From Hormiphora californensis (Eukaryota; Animalia; Ctenophora), in NCBI GenBank assembly GCA_020137815.1, contig CM035354.1, positions 8,060,001 through 8,124,000 on the forward strand: DNA of 64,000 nucleotides, read 5' to 3'. Numbering within the stretch: position 1 is the first letter of the stretch; each line of letters begins with the position of its first letter. The notes beneath the pieces were generated by a model. It was given only the letters and a program-made list of their open reading frames with translations, had not been told where the DNA came from and ran no database searches. Positions 16,901 through 30,953 of this stretch are shown here, in pieces. A program made the translations under genes and the position numbers.

Positions 16901-19420
16901 CAGAACCAACTCCTTCTGGTCATGCATAATGTTGTACATCTTCTGCTTGAAGTAAAAGAATCCTCGGATAGAGCCTAGAGGGAGGGATAGAGGGGTTACG
17001 GATAGAGCCTAGAGGGATGGAGAGAGGGGTTACGAATAGAGCCTAGAGGGAGGGAGAGAGGAAGGGGTTACGGAAAGAGAGAAAGGGGTTACGGCGAGAA
17101 GAAAATTAATCAGTATCCAAACGACCACACAAAACATTGTAACATACTAAGTCGTTGCAGTTCCGTTTCCTTCCTCCTAGCTTCCCTGAGGACCTCGACA
17201 AGGGTAGCAATCTTGGGAGGGAGTTTCGAGGCTCTGGTGGTAGTTGTACTGCTGTTAATTAGCTTCGGAGTAACTCTCCTCGTTCCCATCATGGAACTGA
17301 GTACTGCGTGTCGGAACCTGAGAGAGAGAGAGGGGTTATAGCAAACTGAGAATAGTATGTTATTTTCAGTTCTATTATTTTCTCTCATACCTGCTGATCA
17401 AAACAGCTCTGTTATTTTCTCTGTGGTACCTGCTACGTGCAAGAGCGGTGGTCGGACCAGAGTGAGGATCAGATCCAGGTGGAGCGGGTGTTCCCCCGTT
17501 ACTAGCTGCAGTTTCATCATTGGCATCCTTCTTATCTAGCAGTTTAACCCAGGGGTTAGGTTTGGGGGCATCTCCATCCTTAGCTGCACTTTCATCGCCA
17601 TCAGTGCTCCTCAGAGCGGCCCACTTCGTTGGGGCAGCCTTGGGTTTGTCGTCTGACTTCTCCAGATCGTTATGGTTACTGGGAGGGGAGCTGTGAGGGT
17701 TTATAGTAGGGTGAAATATTAGGGTGAAACAAGAGTGAAATATTAGGGTGAAACAACAAGGTGAAACAGTAGTCAGTAGGGTGAGAATTGTGTTATCCCT
17801 TACTCATGTTTATTGAGGTGCTCGTCAGAGTTCTGTTCCGGATGGAACATGGGGTTCTTCTCCCTCTTCTTGCTACTAGTCAGCAGTTTCACCTGGAGAT
17901 GTGGTTTTAGCATGTAGTTAACACACCGTGGTAACCTGTACTGACAAGTCTGTAAGTTTGTTTGTCGGAGGCAACTCAAGTACAGCTTCAAAAATATGTA
18001 TTTTTTGGAGCTTGGATTTTTGAAAGGAAAGTTAAATTCAGCTAGTAAGAGGGCGGCTGAATGAAACGATAGAATGTGAAAATTAGCAGCGCTTGCATGA
18101 GAGGAGGGTAGCTATACACAACGAGTGGGACTTTGGACGAGGCGTACAACGATTAGGCGACTTACGTTACTCGTTTTTCTCAACTCTTTGCTAGTAGCCA
18201 TTTTCTTAGCCTAGCATAGCGGGGCCGTTGTTGGGAGATATTTTGACGAGCCATATATACAGGACAGGAGACATTAAGAAGAAGGTTTGGCATGATGTAT
18301 TAATAGAGACTACGTATAGGCGAGAGTGAAAGCGAGATATTATACATTTATACAATCGGGTGTACTATGTACTGTGTACTATGTACAGTGTATACAGTAC
18401 ATTGTACAGTGTACTCTCGGTGCTTTGTACTCACCATGAACGGAGCCTTCTTTCCAATACACCACCAGTTGTTATCCTGAGCCCAGGCATGTAAAATCAA
18501 CAGAGGGAAGAACAGGAAGGTGACAAAAGCCTCCCAGAAATCAACCTAACAATGTTATTTCATATTTGTTACATTTGGTAAACCAAAACTCTAAAGGAGT
18601 TGAAATAATAATCACGTACGACAAAGGGGGTGTTCCATTCCAGGACAACAAGGATCCAAACGTAGGCGAAGACACTCCATACTGCCGTGGTCAGGAAGAC
18701 ACCTGGAAGAGGATAACGTACCTTTATTGGAAGAGGATAACGTACCTTTATTTATGTAGTGGGACGAGAGAGTAAAACAATAAAATGTACTTGTGCAATG
18801 TACTAACAACTATTAAGAGAACTTGTTAACCTACCAAACTGCTCGATTCGTTTGAACTGCCCATTCTCAGGGGAGAAGATGCAGATTCCAGTGATAACGA
18901 GTAAGTTGAAGGCCGCTGATCCAATAATGGTAAATGTACCTAGGGCTCCAACATCAGAATTTTCATCAACATCATCACCACTACCACTTGCCAGCATGCC
19001 CAGCTGCTCCACAAACGCCAGGAGGATCTCAGGAGCTGAGGATCCCAGAGCCATGAGTGAGAGATTAGCCACCGTCTCGTTCCAGACAAGAACCTCCTTG
19101 GTTCGAGCCTCCTTCGTCACCGGGTCATACCGTGTCAGGACCTTCTTTTTACTGGTGATAACCTCAATGGCGCCCATGAAAATATCTGATATGATGGCAA
19201 TTCCTATAAAAAGATAAAACATAAAGCCGATGTAGAGGAATCCTCGGACCCAGCTGGGCCACAGGTTCTCCCCGGGAAGTAGGATCCACGATTCACACGT
19301 GTTGTTCGTGTACTCGATAATAATTCCTCTTCCCCCATCATAGGTATTGAATATAAAGTCGCTGCTGTTAGCAATTGATACAATGTCTTTGTGAGCTGAT
19401 TCAATCATCGCAGGATCCAT
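9585..19420 (-). CDS. NCX: Na+/Ca2+ exchanger (SLC8/NCX family), ~19 exons, two Calx-beta domains
   Basis: Alpha-1 repeat [35 protein letters not shown]; alpha-2 repeat [34 protein letters not shown]; Calx-beta motifs [22 protein letters not shown] and [23 protein letters not shown]; C-terminal LGGELGG; stop at 9585-9587. Confidence 0.95.
9758..10156. repeat. Minisatellite (~36-41 bp units, gtggttaccagggtttactgggagatgggtgtgt..), ~10 copies, in the last NCX intron
   Basis: Direct tandem repetition with a higher-order pattern of variant units. Confidence 0.95.
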
Positions 19421-22400
19421 ATTGGAAGATGTTGTGAAGTTGCTAGTTGTTGTTGTTGTTGGTTAGATGATGTGTTGAGTGGTTCCCTCGCTGCTATGGC
19501 CGCTGCATATAGGTCACGTTATCATAGCCTGGTGGAGGAGAGTCGTGTAATTAGGGGTCATTGGGGAGGAGGTATCGTTGGAATATAAATCAATTTAAAA
19601 TCTAATCATAAAGCAAATTAAAAACGATATCTAAGCAACCTTGAGAGTGAATAAAGAGGCCCAGCTAAAGAATGGTTAAGAATGGTTAAGAATGAAGAAG
19701 GGAATGTTTAATTTATAACTTCGATGACATCACACGGCTCTAAACTGTTAGTTGAGTAAAACAACTTTATGTAGCGATTAAGAAAGATACACGGAAACAA
19801 GGAAATAGTTCAATGAGAAAACAAATGGTTTTCTATTAAACAGTAGTAGCAGTATACAAGGCCAGCAGGGCCAGCTGGGGGATTGGGAAGGACCGCACCA
19901 ATCTACCTAGTATCAATAACAGGGTACTGCAGTGTATAATAGCTCAACAGCAAATGTCCAGGAAGATAATATTGCTCATTACCATTGTGTGCACTAAGGA
20001 CCTCTTCAGACATACTACCAGTCAGACAGTATTGGTATAGGAAGGGGGACAAACAGATACAGATCACGAGGGTTAGAGAGAGAGAGAGTTTCTGTCTGGA
20101 GCTGTAAATGCTGTTGTTCCAGCCACGGTTTTTGGAAAAAACCGGCCTCTGTAGCGGAGAAATGCAGCTATGCCTTCTAATGCTATTACTCCTTCAGCCT
20201 ACTGCTTTCTTCACACGTAGCTAATTAAATCTCACTCCATCTATCTCTCTATCTTTTTACTACCTCTCTCACTCTCCTTTCTCGGAGTGGACAACTATGC
20301 AGAGTGCCCACTGTAGACGGCTCCTGATGTGACAGTAGACATTCTCTTTCCCTCTCTTTTACTTTCTCTCTTCCTGTCTCTTTCTATACTTCTCTCTCTA
20401 AAAAACTTCACCACCAAATCCAGAAACACCCTACCGGCCATACTTCTCCGGAAGGCCCGCACACCGCGAAGCTTAAATCACAACAGACATCAATACCAGC
20501 CCGGTACCAGACAAAGTTGACGCAGCACTTCAAACAGTGTAGAAAGCTCAGCTTCACTTATCACACACACCTATACTAGTATAGCAGCACGCATGACAGG
20601 TGTGTGTAACAAATTGTTACAAAGAGTCCAATTAGTCAAGTCTCTTTCTGATGTGTGGACACATAGCAGCAACAACCCCAAAAATGGAACACTTTCAGAT
20701 CACAAACAATTAGCTTTCTCCAGAAGTTGACTTCTCTCTCTCTCTTTCTGATCTCACTTCCTCTCTCTCCTCTCTATTTGACAAAGTACACTATCTAGCC
20801 GCGGCACTACCAGTCAATCTCCAGGTACCAAAATAGACTCCCTGTTGTGTGAGATGAATGTGATGGACAGAGTGGCCGAGAGAGAAAAGGGTTGTGTGTG
20901 TGTGTGCTAAGTGTGCGACGGGAAACGGAAGATTTCTCTCATAATGATTTTTGTTTCATTCCCATTCCTCTCTTCCCAATCTTTCGTTTCTCTCTTGCTT
21001 CATCTATCATTCTTTCCCCACATACGCACTGAGAAATGCAAATTACACACGATTTACGCTGCAAGGCCACTGCATATGAGAACTGCACACACACACACGA
21101 TAATGATAGTGCTGGCTATCTGGGAAGTAAGGGATGACAGGCAGCTGTTAGCTGAGACAGAACGAGATAAAGAGATGGTGAGATGCAGTAGAGGTGAGAA
21201 ATGGCAGAAAACAACAACAAGAGGTATAGAAAGCTGCATTTCACTAAAACTACCCCCAACAAAAGAGAGAGTGTCGACTAATAAGTCACTGTATCTAGGT
21301 GTGGTGTTTCACAATAGTAACAGCACTAGCACACTCTGGTGGGCTAATGTACAAGCTGTACCTTGTTAAATATATGCCCTTCTTCAATTAACGTTATTAA
21401 AAAAGCTCCCGTGAAAGGTAAGAGAAATACAGTAAGATTTTGGAAGGCGAGAGATCCAAAAAAGAAATGGATAGGCCATATAAGAGCTATCTAGCAGCTT
21501 ATAGCGTAAGCGAATAAATGTTAAAAATGCACCCCAAAACCCCATCCTAAATATGGGGAAGCTAATTTTACCAACCCCCCAATGTCCGTGTTGGGCGAAA
21601 TGGGGGGTGATGTCAGAATGTGGCTTGTGGGAAATAACAGGAGCTGCTATTACGAGAGGTAAAATTAGAATGCCCGGTAATTGGGGAAAATGAAAAAAAA
21701 GATAAATTGGGGGAGGGATAGTTATGTAAAGAGAGGGAGAGAGACATAAAAAGATGGCCTTGTAGTTAATGATACAAGATGAGACATTCCCTACGTAATA
21801 TAATGCAGGAAGTCTACCACGTGCCCCCCTCTCCCCATGTACCCCTTCTCCCTCTCTCAGGGTATTTAACGTACGTGCTCCAAGTAGGCCAATAATACCA
21901 TGTACCTCCCTCCCTGTGCCCTAATTAGTTCATTACTTTGAGAAAGGATTAAGCTTACTTTGAATTGTATGCCTCTTATTAAGATCAGAAGAAAGTTCAA
22001 ATGATGAGTATCATAATATTTCAATATCACAAAACTACTCAGCGAGAACACATAAAGATGGAAAACACAAAAAATATTGAGTTACCACCTGGGAAGGGGG
22101 AGTGAAACATGCTTACGCCATCAACGGCTCAGATTACACAGCCCTCCTCCACCTTGCCTAGGCTGGCTAGGAGATGCCCTGCCCAAACAAAATCAATATA
22201 ATTAATAGGAAACTATAAATATACTCTATGATACAACAACCCCACCCACCTTTATCTCTCTATCTCTGTCTCTCTTTCCCGGTTGCTGTATTTCTACAAG
22301 GATTTCTACCACTATCTCTCCTATGCAACCACACATCAGTCTATGTGGTGCGTGAACTGGTAACGGTTTATATGCGGGAAAGGTTCTCCGGAAGTAATAA

Positions 22401-22491
22401 TTAGCTCATTACCAGATGAACCAAGGGTGACACCTCCTGGACTCTTCACACTACCCCCGGTGCAGGGAGAGGGAGAGAGAGAGGGAGAGAT

Positions 22492-22554
<63 letters not shown>

Positions 22555-23457
22555 GGAGATAGAGAAAGAGAGAGATAGAACTATGGAAATTAGAATGTTC
22601 GACATTTATACTATGTTGTCCGCAGAAGTGCACTTCAGCAGAACAACTACCTTTGACATGTAGAGTTCACTACTCCTTCTCTCTCTCATCTATCTTTCTC
22701 TCTCATCTATCTTCTCTTTCTCTCATCTGTCTCTATATTCCCCCTCCTTCATTTCTAAATCTATCTGCGAGTTGCTACAACATGCAAACACACTCTCCCG
22801 AGAAGATAAAGAAATTCGAATTATTGATGTTTAAATATGTAAATTGTACGGCCACTGTTATCGATGCGAATCGAAATTATTATCTCCCTTTCCTTTCTCG
22901 TATTGTTGAGCGTGTAAATTTAAGGTTTATTGACAGCGATAGGTTCACAACTATACTATTTTGGGGCGGAGGGTTATACAAATGGGGGTATACCTTGAAA
23001 AGACACATGCACACCAAATAAAAGCAGCCTGTTGTCTCTGTATACATGCCGGCTAAGCAGGGTATGTGAGGAAGGGGTCATTTAGCAATACAGATAGAGA
23101 TCATGATCACCACTTCAAACTACACATTATGTAGGTTCATAGTATAGTACCATATGGATATCTCTGTTAACTTTAGGAATGCAGAGGTGGTACCATACGA
23201 AAGACAAAATAGAAACCTCATAAACTAAAACATGTTTAAGTAGCCGCTTGGCAGGCAGTAGACTTGGTGAAAGCTGACCCCTGAAAGAGGTTACTTGCAT
23301 CGCACCTTCATGTTCGACCTGCAAAGGCAAACTTTAGGAATTCCTAGAGCATCAACACGTCCTACTACAGGCAGTTCTTCTGTGGAGTTATCACAACCCC
23401 TTATGCTGGTTATATTCTGTAGTACATTCTGGGGAGGAGAGAGAGAGGGACCGGACT

Positions 23458-23502
<45 letters not shown>

Positions 23503-25320
23503 TCGGACTGAGGAGAGATCAGGGAGTGGAACACTCAACGACACGTGTCAGAATAGGCCAAGATGTCCGTGGCAATCATGCCAACTAATTATAGAATCAC
23601 TACTACAGCCTCCCCTCTCTATCTCTCTGGGGTAACACGTCAGACAGACACTATAGCCATGCTATGTGACATGACGGAAATGAGCATCCATTATCTCTCT
23701 GTAGTAATGAAGAGAGAGGGAGAGGTACTGGTATAATTAAATGCTCCACCCGTCATATAGAAATTGAATAGATCAGAATTCAGATACTTAATTTTATTGA
23801 TCAGATAATTGTAATAATCTCCTGATAACATCACTAAATTAATACTTGGTAGTCATGGACTATTTGAATTTGATGTCACTATCTTATTCTATGATGGTAA
23901 TTGGTAAAACAAAACATTTTAACCGGGAGGCCATCTATAGTCTGTATAAAGTAGAGTTCAAAGAAATACAGTCCAGACTCAGCTATAGTTTACTTATGAT
24001 TATATGCTTGGCATAAATTGATGATTGGCCTGCCATAAATATTCAAAGGTGCTTTAGCAAGTTTAGATGTATTAATAGTTGTCTCTCCCGAGACTTGATC
24101 TTTAGTGTCCATGAAGAAAGTGCACCAATGCGAACCAGTGTTCTCAGACCGCTAGTAGACACTAGACAAACTGAAATGTATAAGAACACTGAACGTCAAA
24201 CAATCCCTATTTCATAGACTGGCTCGTGCAAAACCCCCTCTCCCCCACGTGTATAGACGGAAAAAAATGCGACTTATATCCTTTCTAAAAAAATTCACCT
24301 TTACCTTTACATATCCCCCTCTGACGAAAATGGTACTAGCAGTTTTTAGTAACAAGTTGTCACTCAGCTGTACACAAACATGATGCGATACCATTTTTAC
24401 CACTCTCCAAGGCATACAGAGTGATTAACTACTGAAAGTACCCCTAACTACTTTCAAACCCACAAAAATTATTTTATCAACCCCCTTTTTGAACAAGTTG
24501 TGACAACCAAATTTAATTGTCGCGGTCTGGATAAAAAAACGAAAAAAAAAAAAAACCCGAAAAAAAACTATTAAAAAAAAAATTCAAAAATAAAAAATAA
24601 ATTCAGTTAAGGGCCCCAAAGCGAAAATTAATTACAGTTTCCCTCTCTATAATAAAAAGTGTACATGAGAGATTCCGGGGTGCGACCTCGAAAAATGTAA
24701 GCGGGTTGGAATTTTCTGAAAAAAAAAGCTATGTACTAAAGGGGTTTGGGAGGAGGGGGGCGATACCGGCAAGTGTCAACAATAGAAAGGGGGAATGCTA
24801 ACCCCGCAATAATAAAAATTATAGCGGTTGAAAGCCCTGTGGGAAAGCAAAGAAAAAAAAATTTAAGTTTGGAAACTCTGATCAAGGTTTTTGAGGGAAA
24901 GGGGAAAAAAAAAGAAAGGATTTTGTTATAATAATACCCAAAAAAAAATTAATAAATAAACCTATACCCGATCCTCCATATCCTAATGATGGTTTGCGTG
25001 AAAAAAAAAAAAGCAGAGGAAGCAAGCGAACAAGGGGAACAGAGGAAAGCAGAGCGATGCAAGCGAAAACAGAGGAATCAGTGGGAAACAGAGGGGTTCC
25101 GGTGAAAAAGGGGAACAAAGTAAAAGAATCATTGGGGATATTACAAACTTTTCAAATACAGTAAAAACCTAAATGATGTACGAGTGAATAGAGCGAAAAC
25201 CCAATATGGAAATTCCTACCCGAAACTAGAGCCGTAAATCGCAGGATAAAAAAATTGGAATTGTTTTCCCAAGAAAAAAATGGGGTGAGAAGAGAGAGAG
25301 AGACGGAGAGAGAAAACCAC

Positions 25321-25420
25321 NNNNNNNNNNNNNNNNNNNNNNNNNNNNNNNNNNNNNNNNNNNNNNNNNNNNNNNNNNNNNNNNNNNNNNNNNNNNNNNN
25401 NNNNNNNNNNNNNNNNNNNN
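25321..25420. other. Assembly gap (100 N) flanked by low-quality homopolymer-rich sequence (~24450-27250)
   Basis: N run plus long poly-A/G/T/C tracts typical of degraded read ends. Confidence 0.97.
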
Positions 25421-27732
25421 GGGGGGGGTTGGCGAGGGTTAAGGGGGGAAAAAGGGGGGGGGGGGGGGGGGGAAAAAGGGGGGGGGGAAAGGGGGGGGGG
25501 GGAAAAAAAAAAAAAAGGGGGGGGGGGGGGGGGGGGGGAAAAAAAAAGGGGGAAAAAGGGAGGGAGGGAAAAGAGAGGGGAGAGAGAGAGAGAACAGGCG
25601 GAATAGGTTTCAGGCAATTCAACTAAGTGGCCCGTAATAGCGGTATGAGAGGGGAAAAGAAAGATAGAGTTGTGCAAAACTATCAGAAAATGCAAACCCC
25701 GATTTTTGGGGAGGTCGAGCAAAAAAAAACGATTGTGTTGTTTGGGGGGTTTGTTGCTGTGTATTTTAGTCTGCTTTTTTTTTAGACAACAAAAAGAGTT
25801 GTCCCCAAAATTATTTTAACCTAGCATTTTCCACCCTGAAAGCCCAACAAGAACAAGCGATTAAGCGAGAGGAGACAAATAAACGCGAGAGAGAAAGAGA
25901 GGGGAAGGGAAAAGGGAAAAAGGAGAGAGAGAGAAAAGGGGGGAGACAGAGAGAGAGAGAGAGGAAAAAAGAGAAGAGAGAGAGGGAGAAGAAGAGGAGA
26001 AGAGAGAGAGGAGAAAAGGCCAGTGACGTCTCGGGGGTTAAAGACACTAAATTTTAATACTAAATTTTGGGGGTCAATTACCCTTTGGCTTTTACAAAAA
26101 AAATTTTTTTTAAAAAAAAAAAAAAAATGGGAAAAAAAAAAAAAAAAAAAAACAAAAAGGGAGAAAAAAAGGGGAATTTAAAAAAAAATTTTTGGGAAAA
26201 ATTTTTTTCCATAAAATATTTTTTAATTGTGGGTTTAAAGGAATATAAAAGTTATGGGCCCAAAAAGTTTGAAAAGAGTTTTTTTCCCCCCCTTTTTTTT
26301 AAAAATTGGTTTTTTTGGGCCCCCCGAAGTTTCTTTTGTTTTTTTTTAAAAAAAAAAAAAAAAGGGGGGGGGGGGGTTTGGGGGTTTCTTAAAAAAATTT
26401 CCAAAATTTTTCCCCTTTTCCCTTTCCCATAAAAATTTTTCCCCCCCCTTACAAAAAAATTTTTTTGGGGGGGGGGGGGCCCCCCCTTTAACCCTCCCCA
26501 AAAAAGGATTTTAAACCCCACCCCTCCCCCTTTTTTTTTCCCCGCTCTCCCTCTCCCCTTTTCTCTCTCCCCCCCAACGCTTCCCCCTTCCCCTTTTCCC
26601 TTCCTCTCCTTCCCCCAAAAAAACTCTCTCTTTCTTCATCCCCCCTTCCCTCTTTTCCCCTCCCTCCTTCCCCCAAACCCTTCTCTCCTTTCTCTTTTTT
26701 CCCTTTTTCCCCCGCCCTCTCCCTTCTGCCTCCCTTCCTCTCTCCTTTTTTCCTTTCCTTATTCTCGTCTCCTTTCCCCTTCTTCTTTCCCCCTTTTCCC
26801 CCTTTTTACCCTCTTTTGTTTTGGAAACCTTTAATTCGTTAGCCCTTTTTTTCCCCCCGTCGTTTTGCCGGGGGGGGGGAAAGGGAACAAAAAGAGAGAT
26901 CTAATAGCGGAGAGATAGGATCGTCTTGGGATCTATTTCCCCCCCACTTTCCCCCCCTTTCCTTTTCCTCATCAGGTTCTGGGTGTGGCGGCCCTGTCCG
27001 CCCCCGGGGGTCTTGAAAATTTCAGGTGTAGATACTCAGTAACAGCATCATACCAACCCTCTAATCAAAAAAATTTAAAATGGACTAGAGAAAGAATAAA
27101 TTAATTGGGTTTTACTATTTAGAACACTAAATCAAAATAATAATGCTCGTTAATTTGTGAAAGTTTTTCCCTGTTAGCAATTTAAAAAAAGTGGCCCCCC
27201 TGAATACAAATATCCCATGGCTTTTTAGCTTTTTCCCTGCCAATTTTTAGCGCGAAATATTTGAATCCTGTGAATGAGAGATAAACAGGGCCGGAGAGTT
27301 GTGAGACAAGGGATTTTAGGTGAAATCATTTAAACTTGTAGGGAAGCACATGTCGACTAGGCTTTACTTCTGTCAACACTAGAGACTATGCGGCCAAACC
27401 AAGCACGATATATGCTTTAACAGACGCTTACTGTGACATAGCAAGTCGTTTAAACAACCCTTACGTTTCAAGGGCTTGGCGCCAACTCGTCACATATAAA
27501 TAACACAATGAAATGCACCGAAACAGAAAAGAAAAGATCCAAAAGGCGTTGAGAGGGCAAGAAATTATTCGGCAGTAGTGCTCAGTTCTAGTTGGGCGAT
27601 TATGGCAGCATTTTGTTCTCTTACAGCCAGTCGCGAAATGTTTAGCCCATCGGCACAAAGGCAATTTCGCCCAGATCTGCTCAACACTATGATATATGAG
27701 AGAAAGACACATGGGTGGAGAGAGGGGGAGAG

Positions 27733-27816
<84 letters not shown>

Positions 27817-27967
27817 AAAGGGAGAGAGAGAGAGAGAGACAAAAAAGCATTAGAGAGAGAAAGAATGGTAGGGCAAGATATAATTATAAGTCTGGAAAAT
27901 TGCTAAATATCGACCAGGCTAGTAATATATTCATGTGAATCATGAGATACGCAGCCCTGGCAAAAGA

Positions 27968-28105
27968 AAGGCCTATTCAAGGGATAGGATCGATGGTAAG
28001 GCCTATTCAAGGGATAGGATCGATAGTAAGGCCTATTCAAGGGATAGGATCGATAGTAAGGCCTATTCAAGGGATAGGATCGATAGTAAAGCCTATTCAA
28101 GGGAT
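27968..28105. repeat. 30-bp tandem repeat (aaggcctattcaagggataggatcgatagt), ~4.6 copies
   Basis: Seen directly; units are nearly identical and have no variable spacers. Confidence 0.93.
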
Positions 28106-30066
28106 TGATAGTCGACGCAGATGCGATCAGAGGTCAGGGTTTTAACAAATTGATTGCTATCCGTGGTAAATACTGCTATTGAGAAAAGGGTCGTTTATTC
28201 TTTCAGGGCGACTGATTTTATACATATAGATCGCTCAAGTGCATACACGAATGAGCCAAGATGAACGTCCTAACTATCTCTCTCTCTCTCTCACTCTCTC
28301 TCTTCTCTTCTCTTCTCTTCGCTGATTAGATCACGTGACCAGGGCATGACACGTGGCGAGGATTGCGTCTCATGAGCGGTGTGAGAGTCCGATCACGTGT
28401 TCAAGAAGGAGAGCAATTTAGCTTATCAGCAATTGTATTACCAAAGATACACACACAAGATGCGAGCCCTAGTTACGACTAACACAAGATGCAATTCTTA
28501 GTAAATAGTAACGACTGCTCTTGCTTTACACCGGGTACATCTAAACGACAGAGGTTATTTTAATCAGAATTTAGCAAATAAATTGAATTCGAACGAGCAG
28601 GGCTAGACTCAAGTCCTTAATTTTATTTTCTATCCTTAATTTTATTTTCTATCATATTCGAAGCAAGTTATTACTTGAGTATTTAAAGTACCGGAGGTAC
28701 TACTCCAAAATGCTATAAGCTGTCATCTGAACGTCAATTAAGTATACGAATTCCTGTCGGCAAATACCAAGATGAGTTCTTCCGAACTTCCTCGAGGGGA
28801 GAAAACTGGGCACGTGCCTGCGTCCACGGTATATGTCATGTTATGAAGAGTCCGGTATGTCATGTTGTCAAGTGTAAATCTCTATGTTGTTCATGATACT
28901 CAAGGAACAACTATTTTAGAGAGCACTTGGCAGACTGTCAGCTTGCGAAAATGCAGATACGGCTTGATAGAGAAACAATCGACTGCATATTACAAGTAGT
29001 AGAGGATACTCTTAGGAACGTGCATACATGTTAGTAAAAATCGTCTGATGCAGGTAGCAATACAAAGCTTCGAAGCTGAAAGTGCTTTATTTACAGGCAG
29101 CGTACAGTTTAGACGATGAGTTCTGTATAACCAAATTCTATTTTAATTAGCGCTCAGTGTTCTTACGAATTAGTGGGAGATCTTTAATTGGCCATGTATT
29201 CCGCCTTAAATAGCCTCGTACGCAGACACACTGCACACGGCTAAAAGAACTGAGGAAAACCATACATTTATCATTGGTTCGAATAGCTATAGACAAGAGG
29301 GTAGTTTGGATATTGTCAAGAGGGATAGTCGAGGGGGAGAGACTCTATGGAGGGGATGGGAGGGACTCTATCGATCACGAGGGTTCAATGAATTGTTATG
29401 GTGGCCGGGACAGCGGAATCTATACCACTCTTTGATGTCAATATCTACTGACTACAATCACTGGCAGCTGTCTTGTTCTCTCTCCCTCTCTATCTCCCCT
29501 CTCTCCCCCCCCCCCCTTTATTAGTCTCTCTCCCTCTCTCTATCTGACGGCGCCTATCAATAGGGTTCTACTTGGTACACACACGCTGTATAATTACTGT
29601 ATACCTAGGTACTAACGATGTAGTCTCATCTACATACAAGTGGGCGGGGCAGATATATTTTAAAAATTAAAGCGCCTTTGGTGTATGTTTAATCATTGGA
29701 TATTTAGTTTCACTTAATATGTTTGGCAGTAAAAAGTTGTGACATAAAAACAGATGTTTAGGGAGGGAATATAGTGGGATAAACGCAGTCATTTCACGGG
29801 CCAATGCCCTCAAAGTTATTATTCCCCACCCACCACGTCTCTCTCTCTCTATCTGTTTTCTCTCCCTCACTTCCTCCCTTTTCCCCACTTTCACAACTCT
29901 CTCGCTTGCCTCCTCCTACAGCCTCCCCTCCTGCCATGCAGCTCCTTCTGCAAGTTCACCGGAAAATTCTGCACCGCAGATAATCGGATAAATTGATTTG
30001 AAACAGTGACCCACCGCACGTACTGGCAACTCACACAAACCAAGAAAGAAAAAGAGAGAGGAGAAA

Positions 30067-30144
<78 letters not shown>

Positions 30145-30902
30145 GCTTTGTGAAAGAGAAAGCATTTATATGTGTCGAAGTATGACACGGATATGGCATT
30201 TCAAATTGTATCACGTGACATGCGCCAACCACAGCAGCTACATCCTGATGAGAAATGACACAGAAAGAAAGTTAATTCAAAGATAACTAACAAAAAAGTG
30301 AGTTGTAATAAAGAAATTACGTGAGAAAACAGGGCCAGACCTAAAAGTAGTTCATGGTGCCACTAGGACATTCAAAATTAAACAATTCTTCTAATTTGTA
30401 TAACAAACATCCCATGTGTTAGTTCAGACTCACGTGCGTGTGTGTGTATCAAGAACACTCGATGTGTTTCTTCACTTCCGATAAAGTAATTGAAAGTGTT
30501 CACAAGTTGCGAAGTAATACGTAACATTTTAAACAAATAAACTCAGCTAGATAGCTAGGTACTTGAATTATACCATCTTTAGTCATTGCAGAGTCTATAG
30601 GTATGCCGAATTGTTGATGAGTGTCGGGATGATGATGATGATCTTTACAGCATTCAGAATCATATTGATAGTATAAGTGATCCGTGGTCGTAAGGACGCA
30701 CAGGCAATTGGTGATTGTCACATTTCGACAGATGGAATCTTCCCCAGCTAGCGTAAAGCGAGTTCCTTGACAAATTCAAGTACTGAAGAGATTCACTCAG
30801 AGGGGCCGGAGAGTGATTCAAGGGGAAAGAACAGTGGTGGTTGCCAGAAGTACTAAGTAGTAAACTGTGAGTGTAAACCTCTTTACTATCTCTAATACTA
30901 TT

Positions 30903-30953
30903 CAGTCAAACCTCGATTTACCAGAATCGGGAGTCTGGTAAATCGAAGTTTGA
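30903..30953. mobile_element. Collapsed MITE-like remnant (terminal inverted repeats only; Tc1/pogo-like CAGT start)
   Basis: cagtcaaacctcgatttaccaga...tctggtaaatcgaagtttga form an imperfect ~20-bp inverted pair with an 8-nt spacer. Confidence 0.5.

Noticed and set aside
24450-27250. Lys/Gly/Phe/Pro-rich ORFs and G-quadruplex-like runs
   Set aside because: Homopolymer noise flanking the assembly gap.
27461-27938. Poly-ER and poly-SL ORFs (also at 5362, 22427, 29891, 33145, 59046)
   Set aside because: Translations of (GA)n/(CT)n microsatellites.
27968-28105. 30-bp direct repeats resembling a CRISPR array
   Set aside because: No unique spacers, no cas genes, eukaryotic context; a plain minisatellite.
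28380-30860. Exon-like fragments (e.g. EHLADCQLAKMQIRLDRE, VDECRDDDDDLY)
   Set aside because: I could not assemble a consistent spliced ORF or recognise any homology.
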